Assembly: GCA_951406725.2 (NCBI GenBank)
Contig: OX597818.1
Location: 85,994,001-86,058,000 of the forward strand
Source of the DNA: Octopus vulgaris
Taxonomy: Eukaryota
Direction: 5' to 3'
Length of the DNA stretch: 64,000 bases
This document shows positions 40,830 through 54,240 of the stretch, piece by piece (positions within the stretch are counted from its first letter, which is position 1; each line of letters starts with the position of its first letter). The notes beneath the pieces were generated by a model. It did not search any database. It saw only the letters and a program-made list of their open reading frames with translations, and was not told the origin of the DNA. The translations under genes and the position numbers were made by a program.

Positions 40830-40983
40830 ATGTCTATATTGCTCCTTCCGTTTCCCAGTTCGAAAGGGATGCCCCTCGACTGTTCTAACTTCCGCAGCAG
40901 TGGCTCGAGTGCCAATACGTACGGAAGAGGCGACAGCAAGTGTTCCAAACAGTTCCGATAAGTGATCGTTTACTTTGACCCCC
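40830..40983 (-). pseudogene. Tx1/L1-clade RT internal fragment, antisense to the Dong element
   Basis: VKVNDHLSELF | LLSPLPYVLALEPLLRKLE..RGIPFELG (RT region around QGCPLSP, with internal deletion). Confidence 0.7.
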
Positions 40984-41003
40984 ATAATAATAATAATAAT
41001 AAT

Positions 41004-41075
<72 letters not shown>

Positions 41076-41076
<1 letters not shown>

Positions 41077-41540
41077 ATTTTGCCACGAGGGCAGCTTTGG
41101 GAAAGGGGAATAAGTCGATTACGTCGACACCAGTGCGTAACTGGTACTTATTTAATCGACTCCGAAAGGCAAAGTCGACCTCGGTGAAATTTGAACTTAG
41201 ATCGTAAAAACGGAAGAAACATTGCTTGGTATTTTGCAAGGTCGCCGCCTCATAATAATAATAATAATAATAATAATGATGATGATGATGATAATAATAA
41301 TAATAACAATAATAATAATAATCTTTTCTACTTGAGAAGCAAGGCCTCAAATTTAGCGGAGAGGGGACTAGTCGATTAAATCAACCCCAGTGTTTCATTG
41401 GTACTTAATTTATCGACCGCGAAATTGATGAAACGGAAGGCCGATCTCGGCGGAATTTGAACTCAGAACACGTAGCGACGAGTGAAATACCACTGAGCAT
41501 TTCGCCCGGCGTGCTAACTTTTCTGCCAGCTCGCCGCCTT
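41076..41540 (-). mobile_element. Two SINE family A copies (41076-41250, 41322-41540) separated by (TAA/GAT)n
   Basis: Reverse complement starts aaggcggcgagctggcagaaaagttagcacgccgggcgaaatgc. Confidence 0.85.
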
Positions 41541-41612
41541 CTTAATGATGATGATAATAATAATAACAATAATACCCCAGTGTCACTTTGATGGCATGCA
41601 CTGCTCTCTCAC

Positions 41613-41863
<251 letters not shown>

Positions 41864-42334
41864 AATAATAAAATCTTTTTATTAGTATTGTATTCGTATT
41901 GTTGATCTTTTTCACTCAATGTTAATCCATCGTTGTTGCTGTTTTTTTTTTGTCGTTTCTCCTTTGTTGTTAACCTCTGTACTAACCCTGACATCTTAGG
42001 CCCTTGTGGACAATAAAAGATATAATTATCATTATAATTATATTTATAAATACTAATTGACAAACCTAGAAGACAAACGCAAATAAATACTTACATAGAT
42101 ACAATACATACACAAGCGCGTACACACACATTGTGCGAGAGTGTTAACGACTCATTCACTTCGCTGGTCTTCTGTTTGTAAAACGATTTGTGTATAGTGG
42201 CTAGATATTTATAAGACTGTAATGAATCGATTTTGTTGTCTCTGATTTAACTCGACATCAATAGGCAATCTGTCGAACTTCATATTTGTACACACACAGA
42301 TACACACACACAAACACACACACAAACACACACA

Positions 42335-42378
<44 letters not shown>

Positions 42379-42749
42379 TACACTCACACACACACGCGCG
42401 CAAACAAACACACACACACGCATACATATACATATAAATATACACACACATATGTACTGACACACAAACGCACACACACATAAACACATATTTGTGCAAT
42501 ATACACAGACATATATATATACACACACACATGCACATGTACGTATTCACTCATGCACACACTCACATACATATACAGACACACATACACACACACATAT
42601 ATATATACACACACATATATAAGCACACACAATATACACACACGCAAACATATATATATGTATGCATGTGTATGTATGCAATCTAGACGACGGTAAACGT
42701 ATATATGTATGCATGTGTAGGTATGTAATCTAGACGACGGTAAAAACTG

Positions 42750-42815
42750 TACATCGGACGCGGGAATCGAACCCGGTGTCTGCAGTAAGCTGTATAATAA
42801 TGCTAACCACTACAC
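42750..42815 (-). pseudogene. Degenerate tRNA-like sequence (tRNA pseudogene or isolated SINE head)
   Basis: gtgtagtggttagca...ccgggttcgattcccgcgtccgatgta: A box and T-arm/B box present, no proper acceptor or anticodon stems. Confidence 0.45.
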
Positions 42816-42923
42816 AAAGTTAACATCACAATTTCAACCGTCCGGTTAGAGACATCAGCATTATAAGTACAGAAGCTGATTTACATACATACAGTCACAC
42901 ATGCATGTGTTAATACTGTTTAC

Positions 42924-42960
<37 letters not shown>

Positions 42961-43275
42961 AATTTAAAATAATAATGGTGAAAAATTGAATATTAATTTG
43001 ATTAATATCAATTCAAAACCAGTGGTCCAGTATATAGAAAAATCTGAAGATTCAGAAAAATTATATTACATACATATGAGGGATGACCACTAAGGGGACA
43101 TCCATTATACTAGAAGTCGACCCACAACGGTCTTACCACCATGGTCTTACCGCCAGAACGTAAGCGAGCAAAACATGAAAAGATACAAAATATAGAGATC
43201 AATCACAAACCCGATTTCGTTGTTACCACTTACGTAATTACTTATGTAGATCTCCGCATCTCATCAGTGCGATCG
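42961..43275 (-). mobile_element. Penelope-type terminus ending in (TA)n, with hammerhead at its 5' side
   Basis: AT-rich 3' end resembles 46790-46823 and 25200-25270. Hammerhead 43200-43275. Confidence 0.6.
43200..43275 (-). ncRNA. Type I hammerhead ribozyme motif with extended stem II
   Basis: CGATCGCA-CTGATGA-GATG..CAAC-GAAA-TCGG-GTT^TGTGATTG: 8-bp stem I (2 GU), intact core, one A.A mismatch in stem II. Confidence 0.65.
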
Positions 43276-43717
43276 TCATAGCAAAATATTATTTGAAGAA
43301 CTATACACGAAACGTCCGCATGAGATCGAACATGTTTATAGTTCTACCAATTAAATGTGGGGTTATATTTCAAAAGTCTTCGTTTTCGTGCGCCAAGAGG
43401 TCGCAAAATCGCTAGCATGCCGCGACAACTGCTTTGCAATACTTCATGCGTTTTTACGGTCTGAGTTCAAATTTGCCATCCTGCCATCCTGATCGGTTAA
43501 CATTTCCGCTGACCAGGTAATACCACATGACAATTTTCCACATTTGGAACTTTGCCGTAAGTCACACCTAAAAGGAGAATAGGAACTTATATTCCTTCTT
43601 GGGACGTCCTAATCTAACGATTTAAATTCTCGAATTGTATTTCTGTCTGTGAACATGTTTGTGTATGCATGTATGTACGTATGGACACATGTAGAGTGTA
43701 CGGTATATATATATACA

Positions 43718-43905
43718 TAGCGGTATTTCATCTGCGTTACGTTGTGAGTTCAAATTCCGCCGAGGTCGACTTTGCCTTTCATCCTTTCGGGGGTCGATAA
43801 ATTAAGTACCAGTTACGCACTGGGGTCGATGTAATCGACTTAATACCTATGTCTGTCCTTGTTTTTCCCCTCTGTGTTTAGCCCCTTGTGGGTAATAAAG
43901 AAATA
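43718..43905 (+). mobile_element. SINE family A 5'-truncated unit with Tx1-like tail, in (TA)n
   Basis: Starts tagcggtatttcatc, ends gccccttgtgggtaataaagaaata. Confidence 0.9.
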
Positions 43906-44015
43906 GGTATATATATATACATATATATTTGTGTGTGTGAATGTATATATATATATATACACTTCCATATGCATATGCATATATATATATATATATATAT
44001 ATATACACTTCCATA

Positions 44016-44062
<47 letters not shown>

Positions 44063-44478
44063 TTTAAATAATTAATTTCTAAATAGCTTTTTTACAATCT
44101 TGTAATTTTTTAATATTATTTTCGATTTATTAATTAAAATTTTTTTTTAACATCTTGATCTTTATTTATATTTTATTTTCAATCGTTTAAATTTGAATGT
44201 TTTAATTTTCAAGTCATTTAATTTTTCATTTATATTTTTTATTTCAATTTAATGTTTTATTTTGTTTTGGACAAACACAATATATACTTTTTTTTCTCCA
44301 AAGTCATGTAGTCTTGTTCAGCTCAGTTGTTCTCCTTGAATGGTCAATCGGTCCCTTGGGTCACATAAACGTTTTTCCTGAATTCAAACACCTAACCGCT
44401 GCTGAGGAACGATAGAGAAAATTGAATAAATTGCTACCGAACGACTCCAAGTTATGTATGTGTTCCATTCTTGTGTTG

Positions 44479-44532
<54 letters not shown>

Positions 44533-44586
44533 AGGTCCCGGGTTGAGTCGGGGTTAACCACAGTAAATACATAGCAGAGTAAATTA

Positions 44587-44718
44587 ATTTATTTTATAGA
44601 AGGAGCTTCTACAGGACTAGTACTGTTTCATTCAAATGAAATCATCAGGAAGCTCTGGCTTCCTGATGATTTCATTTGAATGAAACAGTACTAGTCCTGT
44701 AGAAGCTCCTTCTATAAA

Positions 44719-44724
<6 letters not shown>
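44587..44724. repeat. Perfect palindrome: 67-bp arms, 4-nt spacer (TCTG)
   Basis: 44587-44653 is the exact reverse complement of 44658-44724. Confidence 0.95.
44658..44706 (+). ncRNA. Type I hammerhead ribozyme motif (mirror copy on minus strand 44605-44653)
   Basis: GCTTC-CTGATGA-TTTCATTTGAAT-GAAACAG-TACTAGTC-CTGTA^GAAGC: stem I GCTTC/GAAGC, stem III ACAG/CTGT, GUA triplet, stem II TTC/GAA closed by U.U. Confidence 0.75.
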
Positions 44725-44768
<44 letters not shown>

Positions 44769-45187
44769 ATATATGTGTGTGTTTGTGCGCGTGTGTGTGT
44801 GTACGTAAAATTAAAAGTCTCCATCGATTTCGGCGACGAGTATTCAGTTCTTCGACAAACCGAACTACCGAGTCAGTGAATTATGACAAAGCGACTGTAT
44901 ATTCCACAGACACTTGTAGTTTTGAAAGGATTCTAGGGCAGAACCAGCACGACAAGGGGCTTGAGAAGTCTGAACCCCTAAATTACAGTTACAATCAATC
45001 TGACGCGCTTCCACACGGTTTCTGTCTACACAATTACCCTCAAAGGCTTGCATTGAAACGAAGATGTGCTAAAAGACATTTGCTCAATATTTCATTCTGT
45101 AGGCTCGAACACGTGACTTCATGATAGCAAATGGCATGTTAACTACTCGCTTTGCCATCAATCAACGTACATACTTTCAATACTTTC

Positions 45188-45347
<160 letters not shown>

Positions 45348-45391
45348 ATGTGAGTATGTATGTGTGCATGTGCGTGCGTATGTATACATTT

Positions 45392-45432
<41 letters not shown>

Positions 45433-46146
45433 TATGTATGAGTGTATATATCTTTCCATGCATATATGTATGTATACACACACACATATATATATTTATA
45501 TATGCATATATGTATATATGTATATATGTATGTATACACACACACACACATATAAATGTTTGTGTATGGACGTAGACGCACATTCATATGTACATACTAC
45601 ATGCACACATACCACACATACAGACACACACGCACACGCATATTTATACTCAGGGAAAGGGCATTTTCCCGTTCTCATACATACATACACACTACATAAT
45701 GCTCACTACATACACATACATACACACGTTATATGAATAAAGTTAATCAACTCACTTCATATATCATTGTCGTATAATGTAATGTGATGTAATATTATTT
45801 ATTAGAGAGCGTTATTAATTCTCAGTCGGAAGGTGGAGTACAACAATCCTCTTCTCTAATAATATTCACTAGTTATGACAGATGGATTGCCAAGCCAAAG
45901 GGCACCGTATTAAACGCCGTTTCAGCTTCTATTATCTGAAATGTTCGCTCTAGCTTCGTTTAAAACCATTATAAGCTTTCATATTTAACATAAATTTGTT
46001 GTTGTTGCTTCTGTTGTTGTTGTTGTTATTGTTGTCGATGTTGTTGTTGCTATTTAGTTTTGATTGCTAAATTTGAAGAGGATGTTATGATATTTAAGTC
46101 GCATTGTTCATGCGATCATTACAACTGAAGCATTATCTATCAATCA

Positions 46147-46233
<87 letters not shown>

Positions 46234-46374
46234 AATCTATCTATCTATCTATCTGTCTGTCTGTCTGTCTGTCTACCTCTTCTTTCTATAAAATGCACAC
46301 ATGTTCATGTAAGCATGTATACACACACACACTCATAGACATAAATATACATACACACACATACACACGTACAA

Positions 46375-46454
<80 letters not shown>

Positions 46455-46494
46455 GCATATATAATGCATATATATATATATATATACATTTTTC

Positions 46495-46823
46495 TAATTA
46501 TGAGTATAATTATAACTAGGGTTCAGCAAAACATTTGCTTCACCACATACCGAAATTTAGATATAGCTATTTCTCTACCATAATAAAATCACCCCGACAA
46601 CAATCAAGTTTCTTATGGTAGAGAAATAGCTAGTTTTGACTGCTATTTCTAAATTTCGGTATGTGGTGAAGCAAACTTTTTGCTGAACCCTAATTACAAT
46701 TATACTCATAATTACAAACATTTTTGTTTAAGTTTACCGATAATGGTTCTTTTAACATGCCGAACTACTTGGTAAAATTATTAATTATTAATTAATTAAT
46801 TTTACCCATTATTATTATTGATT
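46495..46823 (+). mobile_element. Foldback (46495-46714) of a Penelope-type terminus between (TA)n tracts
   Basis: Outer arms 46495-46567 / 46642-46714, inner arms 46564-46583 / 46613-46632. The right arm continues into an AT-rich end and (TA)n. Confidence 0.7.
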
Positions 46824-46884
46824 ATATATATATATATGTATATATTTATGTATGTATGTATGCATATATTTGTGTGTTTCCATG

Positions 46885-47075
46885 TCTGTTTATTATTATA
46901 GCTTGACAACCGATGCTGGTGTGTTTACGTACTCGTAACCTAGCGGTTCGGCAAACAAGACCGATAGAATAAGTACCAATCTTACAAAGAATAAGTCCAA
47001 GGATCGATTTCTTCGACTAAAAGGCGGTGCTCCAGCATAGCTGCAGTGAAATGACTGAAACAAGTAAAAGAATAC
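46885..47075 (+). mobile_element. SINE family B tail
   Basis: Matches 57160-57330. Confidence 0.85.
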
Positions 47076-47100
47076 AAGAAAATAAAAATATATGTATGTG

Positions 47101-47173
<73 letters not shown>

Positions 47174-47349
47174 ATATATATATATATAATATATATATAT
47201 ATAATATATATATATAATATATATACACGTATGTATACTTGTTTGTATATGTATGTCATATATATAGTATATCATATATTATACATATATTTGAGCCAAC
47301 ACTCTACCTTAAAGATAGTGTTAGCAGAAAGATTAGATTTTGCATAGTG

Positions 47350-47690
47350 GCTGTCCCCTTGTTATCGAGTATGGCCATTGCACGAATCTTAATCAATGTT
47401 GTTGTGCAATGCCTGTGCAAGAAGAGTTTTTTTAAAGTGAGGAGAGGCTGTGCACTGAGTCAGTCCCACTCACTAAGCAACAGCAGCTATAATCCGAAAA
47501 GAAGAACAAGTCAACATCATCGATAACCACTGAGCCGTAGGTTTTATGTCGGAGTTATCCCAGTTACCTGAGTTACCTTCTCCTAGAAGGATGCCCTAAC
47601 AAAGGCTAGGAGTCCTTCACTCCCAATGGTTTAACCGCGCGATCGGGTATTATTACGCGTCTGTTATTTACTACCATGGTATCGGATGAT
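47350..47690 (-). mobile_element. Probable non-autonomous RTE-derived element
   Basis: Minus strand has gggcatccttctaggagaaggtaactc, resembling RTE 5' UTR motifs; no ORF. Confidence 0.4.
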
Positions 47691-47937
47691 TGATACAAAC
47701 ATACAAAATTCCTGCAGTACATAACCGTTGAGCGTGCATATAAGTACATAAGTGTATGCGTGTAAGCATTTAAATATATACGTGAGTGTATGCTGTATGT
47801 ATATAAACATATAGACGGAAGGAAGTTACGACAGATTCTAAATTATTTTAGTATATATTCAGATATATTTATATGCGTGAAAGTATGTGAGTGCATGTGG
47901 ACTTGTTTAATACACAAAAATAGGTATATTCATATCT

Positions 47938-47988
<51 letters not shown>

Positions 47989-48240
47989 TTTTGCACTTTC
48001 ATTCGTTGCAATCATACGACTGTGGCCATATGTAATACCGCGTTGAAGGAACAATTTTATTTTTTGTATGGGAACATAAACAACCAAACACTATATATTA
48101 AGAGGTGAGAGATAGCCACAGACGCATCCACACAAATACAATGAGCTTCTGTACAGATTCCAATCAATAGTAGATTGCGCTGACCTCAAGATGGCATGTA
48201 GAGGGACCGAACCCAAAGTTACAGTGTGGCATAGCAAACG

Positions 48241-48311
<71 letters not shown>

Positions 48312-48312
48312 C

Positions 48313-48357
<45 letters not shown>

Positions 48358-48361
48358 ATAC

Positions 48362-48392
<31 letters not shown>

Positions 48393-48544
48393 CATATATA
48401 TATATGTATGTATATATATGTGTATGTATGTGTGTGTGAATAAAAGAATACACACACATATACACATGCATTTACAATGAAAATATACTTACGTTTATAT
48501 GTATATGTATGTATTATATATATTATATATGTACGAGTGTGCAT

Positions 48545-48596
<52 letters not shown>

Positions 48597-49140
48597 GTAT
48601 GTGTATGTATATTACATACATAAATGCATACATACGCATACACATACTGAATCAAAAGTTGGGATTTTATTATTTTTGCTCCCACATAAAGGGTACAAAT
48701 ACAAACATCTTACAGTACCACCTACCTCAATCCCCACACCTACCCTTATGAAAATTTACCTATTCGTGCATACCATCCATCTTTCCATCTCTCTCTCTCA
48801 GTCTTCGTGTCTAGCCCATTCGTCACCCAGTGGCTTTCGTTTTCTTTCATACATCTGTCTACATACTCCGTTACAATTACTTATTTTCCTTCCATCTACC
48901 GACATGAATACTTATATAGCTACACATCAATACAACTACCTAACTACCCATCTACCTGTCTACCTATCTACCTACATACATGCCTACCTAGTTACCTACC
49001 TACCTACCTGCCTACTTACCTACATACAGAAATACTCACCTACCTGTATATGCACCAATATAAATATCCTCCAACTAACTTACCTATATTTTCCCTTACG
49101 TATCTATCTACGCAACCTACTATATACCTACTATATATTT

Positions 49141-49209
49141 ATATAAATATATACATACCTATATAAATATATACATACCTATATAAATATATACATACCT
49201 ATATAAATA
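49141..49209. repeat. 20-bp minisatellite ATATAAATATATACATACCT x3.5
   Basis: Seen directly. Confidence 0.9.
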
Positions 49210-49299
49210 CATGCATGCATACATATATACATACATACATATGTATATATATTCATATATATGCATATACTCATGTATGTATACAGACATACGAATATC

Positions 49300-49372
<73 letters not shown>

Positions 49373-49413
49373 GCACACACAAGCGCTCGCGCGCGCACAC
49401 ATATATATATATA

Positions 49414-49455
<42 letters not shown>

Positions 49456-49546
49456 CTTACTTGGAAATGGATGCGTCACCTTCAATTAAATAATAATAAT
49501 AATAAACAATATATGTATATATATATACATATATATACACACACAT

Positions 49547-49602
<56 letters not shown>

Positions 49603-49639
49603 TTGTGTGTGTGTGTGTGTTTGTGTTTGTGTGTGTATA

Positions 49640-50107
49640 CGGGTAAGGGACACTACCAACGGTGCAAACAACATGAAATACATAAACGAGTTAAATACGT
49701 AAACAACGAGAGAAACAAATGGAAAACAGGACAAGTAAGCACAGAGAAAGGACCCTTCATCCGTTGTCTGCTGTCTATCTACTCCTCATTTCGTGCATTT
49801 AACGGCAATATGAATGTTCAAAGACAGTTGCTCCCATAAATTCTAAAATAAAATTTTGGATTTATGGAGAGTCAAAGTTGGAAACCAAAATAGGATAGTG
49901 GAGGTATACAAGGAAACCGAACGAAAACAAACATGGAGGGTCGTTAGACCAGAATGAGAGGAAAATAGTGAACGCTGGGAGAAATATTATCTTTGAAAAG
50001 AGATAAGAGAGAGAAGAGAGAGAAAAAAAACACATCCAATCTTTTGAGTGTCCGTGCAGGAAAAGAATTATGGTCACGCGAGGAAAAGAAAGATGGACGA
50101 TGGTCAC

Positions 50108-50108
<1 letters not shown>
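49640..50108 (-). mobile_element. Probable Penelope-type 3' fragment
   Basis: Pyrimidine-rich minus strand ending in (CA)n. cctgcacggacac segment resembles 5580-5600. Degenerate c(g)gatgaaggg motif. Confidence 0.4.
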
Positions 50109-50141
<33 letters not shown>

Positions 50142-50385
50142 ATGCGTGTGTGTATGCGTGTGTGTAAGTAATATTTATTGCCACTTCAACGTGGCTGTCC
50201 ATTCGGAACCGACGTTACAAACATTTTAATCGCAGCAGGATGCCTTCTCTAGCAGATTATCGATACTGGTGACCTTATATATATTGCCAGCAGCGAGCGG
50301 ATCTCTACCATCATCCAGTGATGACGGACCACCAGACCACACGGCTTCGAGCTATTTGTACTCATCCTGGTTGTTACTTTTCTAT

Positions 50386-50836
50386 ATACGTGGTTTGATC
50401 AGGTGCACTAAGTTTCAAAATTTAAGCTCACTTCCACTGTTTACAGCAGTGCTTGGAAGGCACGTGTGTAGCGCATGATCGTCGCATTAGCCATGACAGA
50501 GAAAGTTGAGTACATAATCTGTATCAACTTTTGTCAAAAGCTCGGCAAAAGCTGCTCAGAGACCCATGGAAAGTTTCCAAAAATGTTTCATTGTTCTCGA
50601 CACTATCAAAGAGATATAGTGTAACAGAAACCCAAGTGTCTTTTTCGTCAGCTGAACGCAGTTTTGGCACAAACTTGGCAGACACGCGTCTCATACCCAA
50701 ATTTTCAATGATAAAGGACTAAATAGATCCGTAGGTCACACACTCCTCTCCACACACTTTCTGCAACTTTGCGTTGGCTTCTGAGCAGATATCGCCATGA
50801 CAACTTTCTGTCATGGTCAATGCAACGATCACACGC

Positions 50837-50842
<6 letters not shown>
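50386..50842. mobile_element. Second, deleted copy of the mariner-derived foldback element
   Basis: Homologous to 35287-36000, with the same sense/antisense junction (gctcaga...tttcat(c/t)gttctcg). Confidence 0.8.
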
Positions 50843-50875
<33 letters not shown>

Positions 50876-50890
50876 TTTTACACGTACGCG

Positions 50891-50947
<57 letters not shown>

Positions 50948-51560
50948 ACATCCATGTGCTAGAAGTCGACCTCCTATATATATATATATATAAACACGCC
51001 GGGCTTCTTTCAGTTTCAGTCAAACAAATCCATTCACAAGGCAACGGTCGGTCTGTGGCTAGAGTAGAAGACACTTGCTCAAAGTACTACGCAGTGAGAC
51101 TGAACCCGGAACCATGTGGTTGGGCAGCAAGCTTCTTACTATACAACATCCTACACGAGGTGGTATCGGCAAGGATGGGATACCAGTGCTGGTGGATCCT
51201 CGTCGTTCGACGACGAGGATTAACTTGTTCGATCAACTGAATTACCTGTTCGATCAACTAAATTACATGTAAGTGGCCGAGTATTCCACACACACGTGCA
51301 CCTGAAATGATAATTCTGAAACAGAAGCAGTATGAGATAGTGAGTGAGAAGGATGTACCGTTTGTATTATATGTACAGTCTATCGAGAGGGCTTCTGTAC
51401 AGTTTCCATCCACTTAATTTTAGTCACTAAGAATGAAATAACACAAAATAACATGTAATGGGATCAAAACCACGATCTCGTGTTTACGAGGTGAACGACC
51501 TAACCATTTGGCCATCCTATGACTACATTATTAACTAAATAAACAATAAAAAATTACTAT

Positions 51561-51676
<116 letters not shown>

Positions 51677-52215
51677 ATATATACATATATATACATATAA
51701 ATATATTTACATAGATACATACGTGTATATATATATATATATGCATATATACATATATACATACATATACATATATAAAGAAATAAAAATCATATGACAT
51801 TAATATGCAAGACAAAATGTTGCTTCAATCGATAAACGTAGATATTAGTTAAATTACGGAGTTCCGACGGAAGTTTTCTTTGCTTCACATGTCAATAGAA
51901 ATGATAAGAAACGTTCTTTCTATAACCATTTTCAAAGTCTTTTTCTATATTTTTACTCTCTATATTTTATCGGCGAACTAAAGATAGCATTTTCCATTTT
52001 CAAAAAATGATGCCAGTTATTAGGTATCGTTGGGAGGATTCTACTTACATTAAATCCGCTAAAAATATTAAAGACATTTAGACGAGATGTGTTATCACGA
52101 CGTTTACGTTAATTCTCTTTGAAGCAGACAGTTTGGTGGTTGGCGTATAGATTTTTGAGCAAGTTGGTAGAAAATTTATAGCACACACACACATATACAG
52201 ACACGGATCTGTCTG

Positions 52216-52282
<67 letters not shown>

Positions 52283-52416
52283 GTTTGTCTGATAGACAAA
52301 ATATCGCTAAGCATATCGCCCAGCGTGCTAACGTTTCTGCCAGCTCGCCACCTTACATTAGAAAAATATTAGTAAGGTTATTTTTCCCATAGTCTGAATT
52401 GTTAATATTGCAGAAC

Positions 52417-52601
52417 AGGTGCAGGCGTGACTGTGTGGTTAAGAAGCTACGACGTGGACGTGAGTTCAGTCCCACTTCAGGACACCTTGGACAAGAGTCT
52501 TCTACTGTAGCCTCAGACCGGCCAAAGAACTTCTGAGTGAATTTGGTAGATGGGAACTGGGTCGAAACCAGTCATATGTATTTGTGTGTGTGTTTGTGCG
52601 T

Positions 52602-52678
<77 letters not shown>

Positions 52679-53112
52679 CATGTGTGTTTGTATGTCTTGT
52701 AGGCACAGACATGGTTTTGTAATTAGAAACTAGCCTTCCCAAACATATGGCTCCGGGTTCAGTCCCACTGCGTGTCACCTTGAACAAGTGTCTTCTGCTA
52801 TAGCCGATCACAGTCTTGTGAGTGGATTTGATTTACAAAAACTGAAAGAAGCCTACCGTATATGGATATCTATATATGTATATGTCTATGTGTTTGCATC
52901 TTTGTGTCTGTGTTTGTCCACCCATCACCGCTTGACAACCGGTACCACTGTATTTACGTCACCGTATCGTACCAGTTCGCAAAAGAGGCCGATAGAATAA
53001 GTACAAGGCTTAACAAAATAAATAATTACTAGGGTCGTTTCATTCAACTAAAAATTCTACAAAGCGATGTCCCACCATGGCCGCAGTCTAATGAGTTAAA
53101 CGAAAGATAAGA
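52417..53112 (+). mobile_element. SINE family B head (52417-52572) and near full copy (52713-53112)
   Basis: Matches 56951-57350. Confidence 0.8.
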
Positions 53113-53127
53113 GATAGAAGATAGATG

Positions 53128-53175
<48 letters not shown>

Positions 53176-53228
53176 TGTATGTATGTATGTATGTATGTAT
53201 GTATGTGTGTATGTATGAATGTATGTGC

Positions 53229-53313
<85 letters not shown>

Positions 53314-53365
53314 CACAAACACACAAAAACACATGACTGAAGATATATATATATATATATATATA

Positions 53366-53472
53366 TATTTATCAATAATAATAAAAGGACAAAATTAAAT
53401 AAAAAAATCAATTAATTAATTAATTAATTTATTTATTTATTTATTTTACCCTTTTACTATTATTGAAATATA
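53366..53472. repeat. Imperfect AT-rich palindrome (resembles head-to-head Penelope-type ends) beside (TA)n
   Basis: tcaataataataaaaggacaaaatt... vs ...ttattttacccttttactattattga. Confidence 0.6.
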
Positions 53473-53879
53473 ATTTACTCCTTGGTCGAAAACAGCAATT
53501 TCTGCGGGATTACTCGTAACAAACACGTGAGTAAATACGTGTTCACATTCGGCTGTATATTTTTAGAAGTGTTGGTTGAATATCGGTTATGCGATGACGC
53601 TTAATCCTAACTCTCAAATTCATATTTCAAAATGCTACACTGAAGTTGAGAAATAAGTACGTAAAAATAACTTTACTTTAATCTCGAAATGCTAATCTGA
53701 GTCGTGCGGATTCGTTATTTTTACTTTTTGCCTACGTAAAAAGTGGGTTACTGTCTAGGAGATCTAGGAATTACTGTCTAGGAGATCTTACACCAGGACA
53801 AAACAATGTACATGGTAGCACTTCCAATCAGTTAAGATCAGAGGCCACGAGAGCCACTGCCTGGTACTGCATCAGGGCA

Positions 53880-53934
<55 letters not shown>

Positions 53935-53937
53935 GTT

Positions 53938-53976
<39 letters not shown>

Positions 53977-54021
53977 ATTACTGTTGTTGTAGTTGTAGTT
54001 GTTGTTGTTATTGTTGTTATT

Positions 54022-54240
54022 AAGACAGCGAGCTGTCAGAGTCGTTGGTGTACTGGACAAAATACTTAACGGCATTACATCCATTTATACGTTCTGAGTT
54101 CAAATTCTGCCGAGGTCGACTTTGCTTTCCATCCCTCCAGAGTCGATGAAATAAGTACCAGCTGAATTGTGGGATCAATGTAATCGATTTGCCTCCTACT
54201 CTAAAATAACTGGCCTTGTGCTAAAATGTGAAACCATTAT
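54022..54240 (+). mobile_element. SINE family A (alternative tail)
   Basis: gcgagctgtcagagtcgtt...gagttcaaattctgccgaggtcgactttgc...ggccttgtgctaaaa. Confidence 0.8.

Noticed and set aside
53749-53788. Short tandem duplications (also 51219-51267, 35070-35137, 42681-42744)
   Set aside because: Ordinary slippage-type duplications with no further structure.
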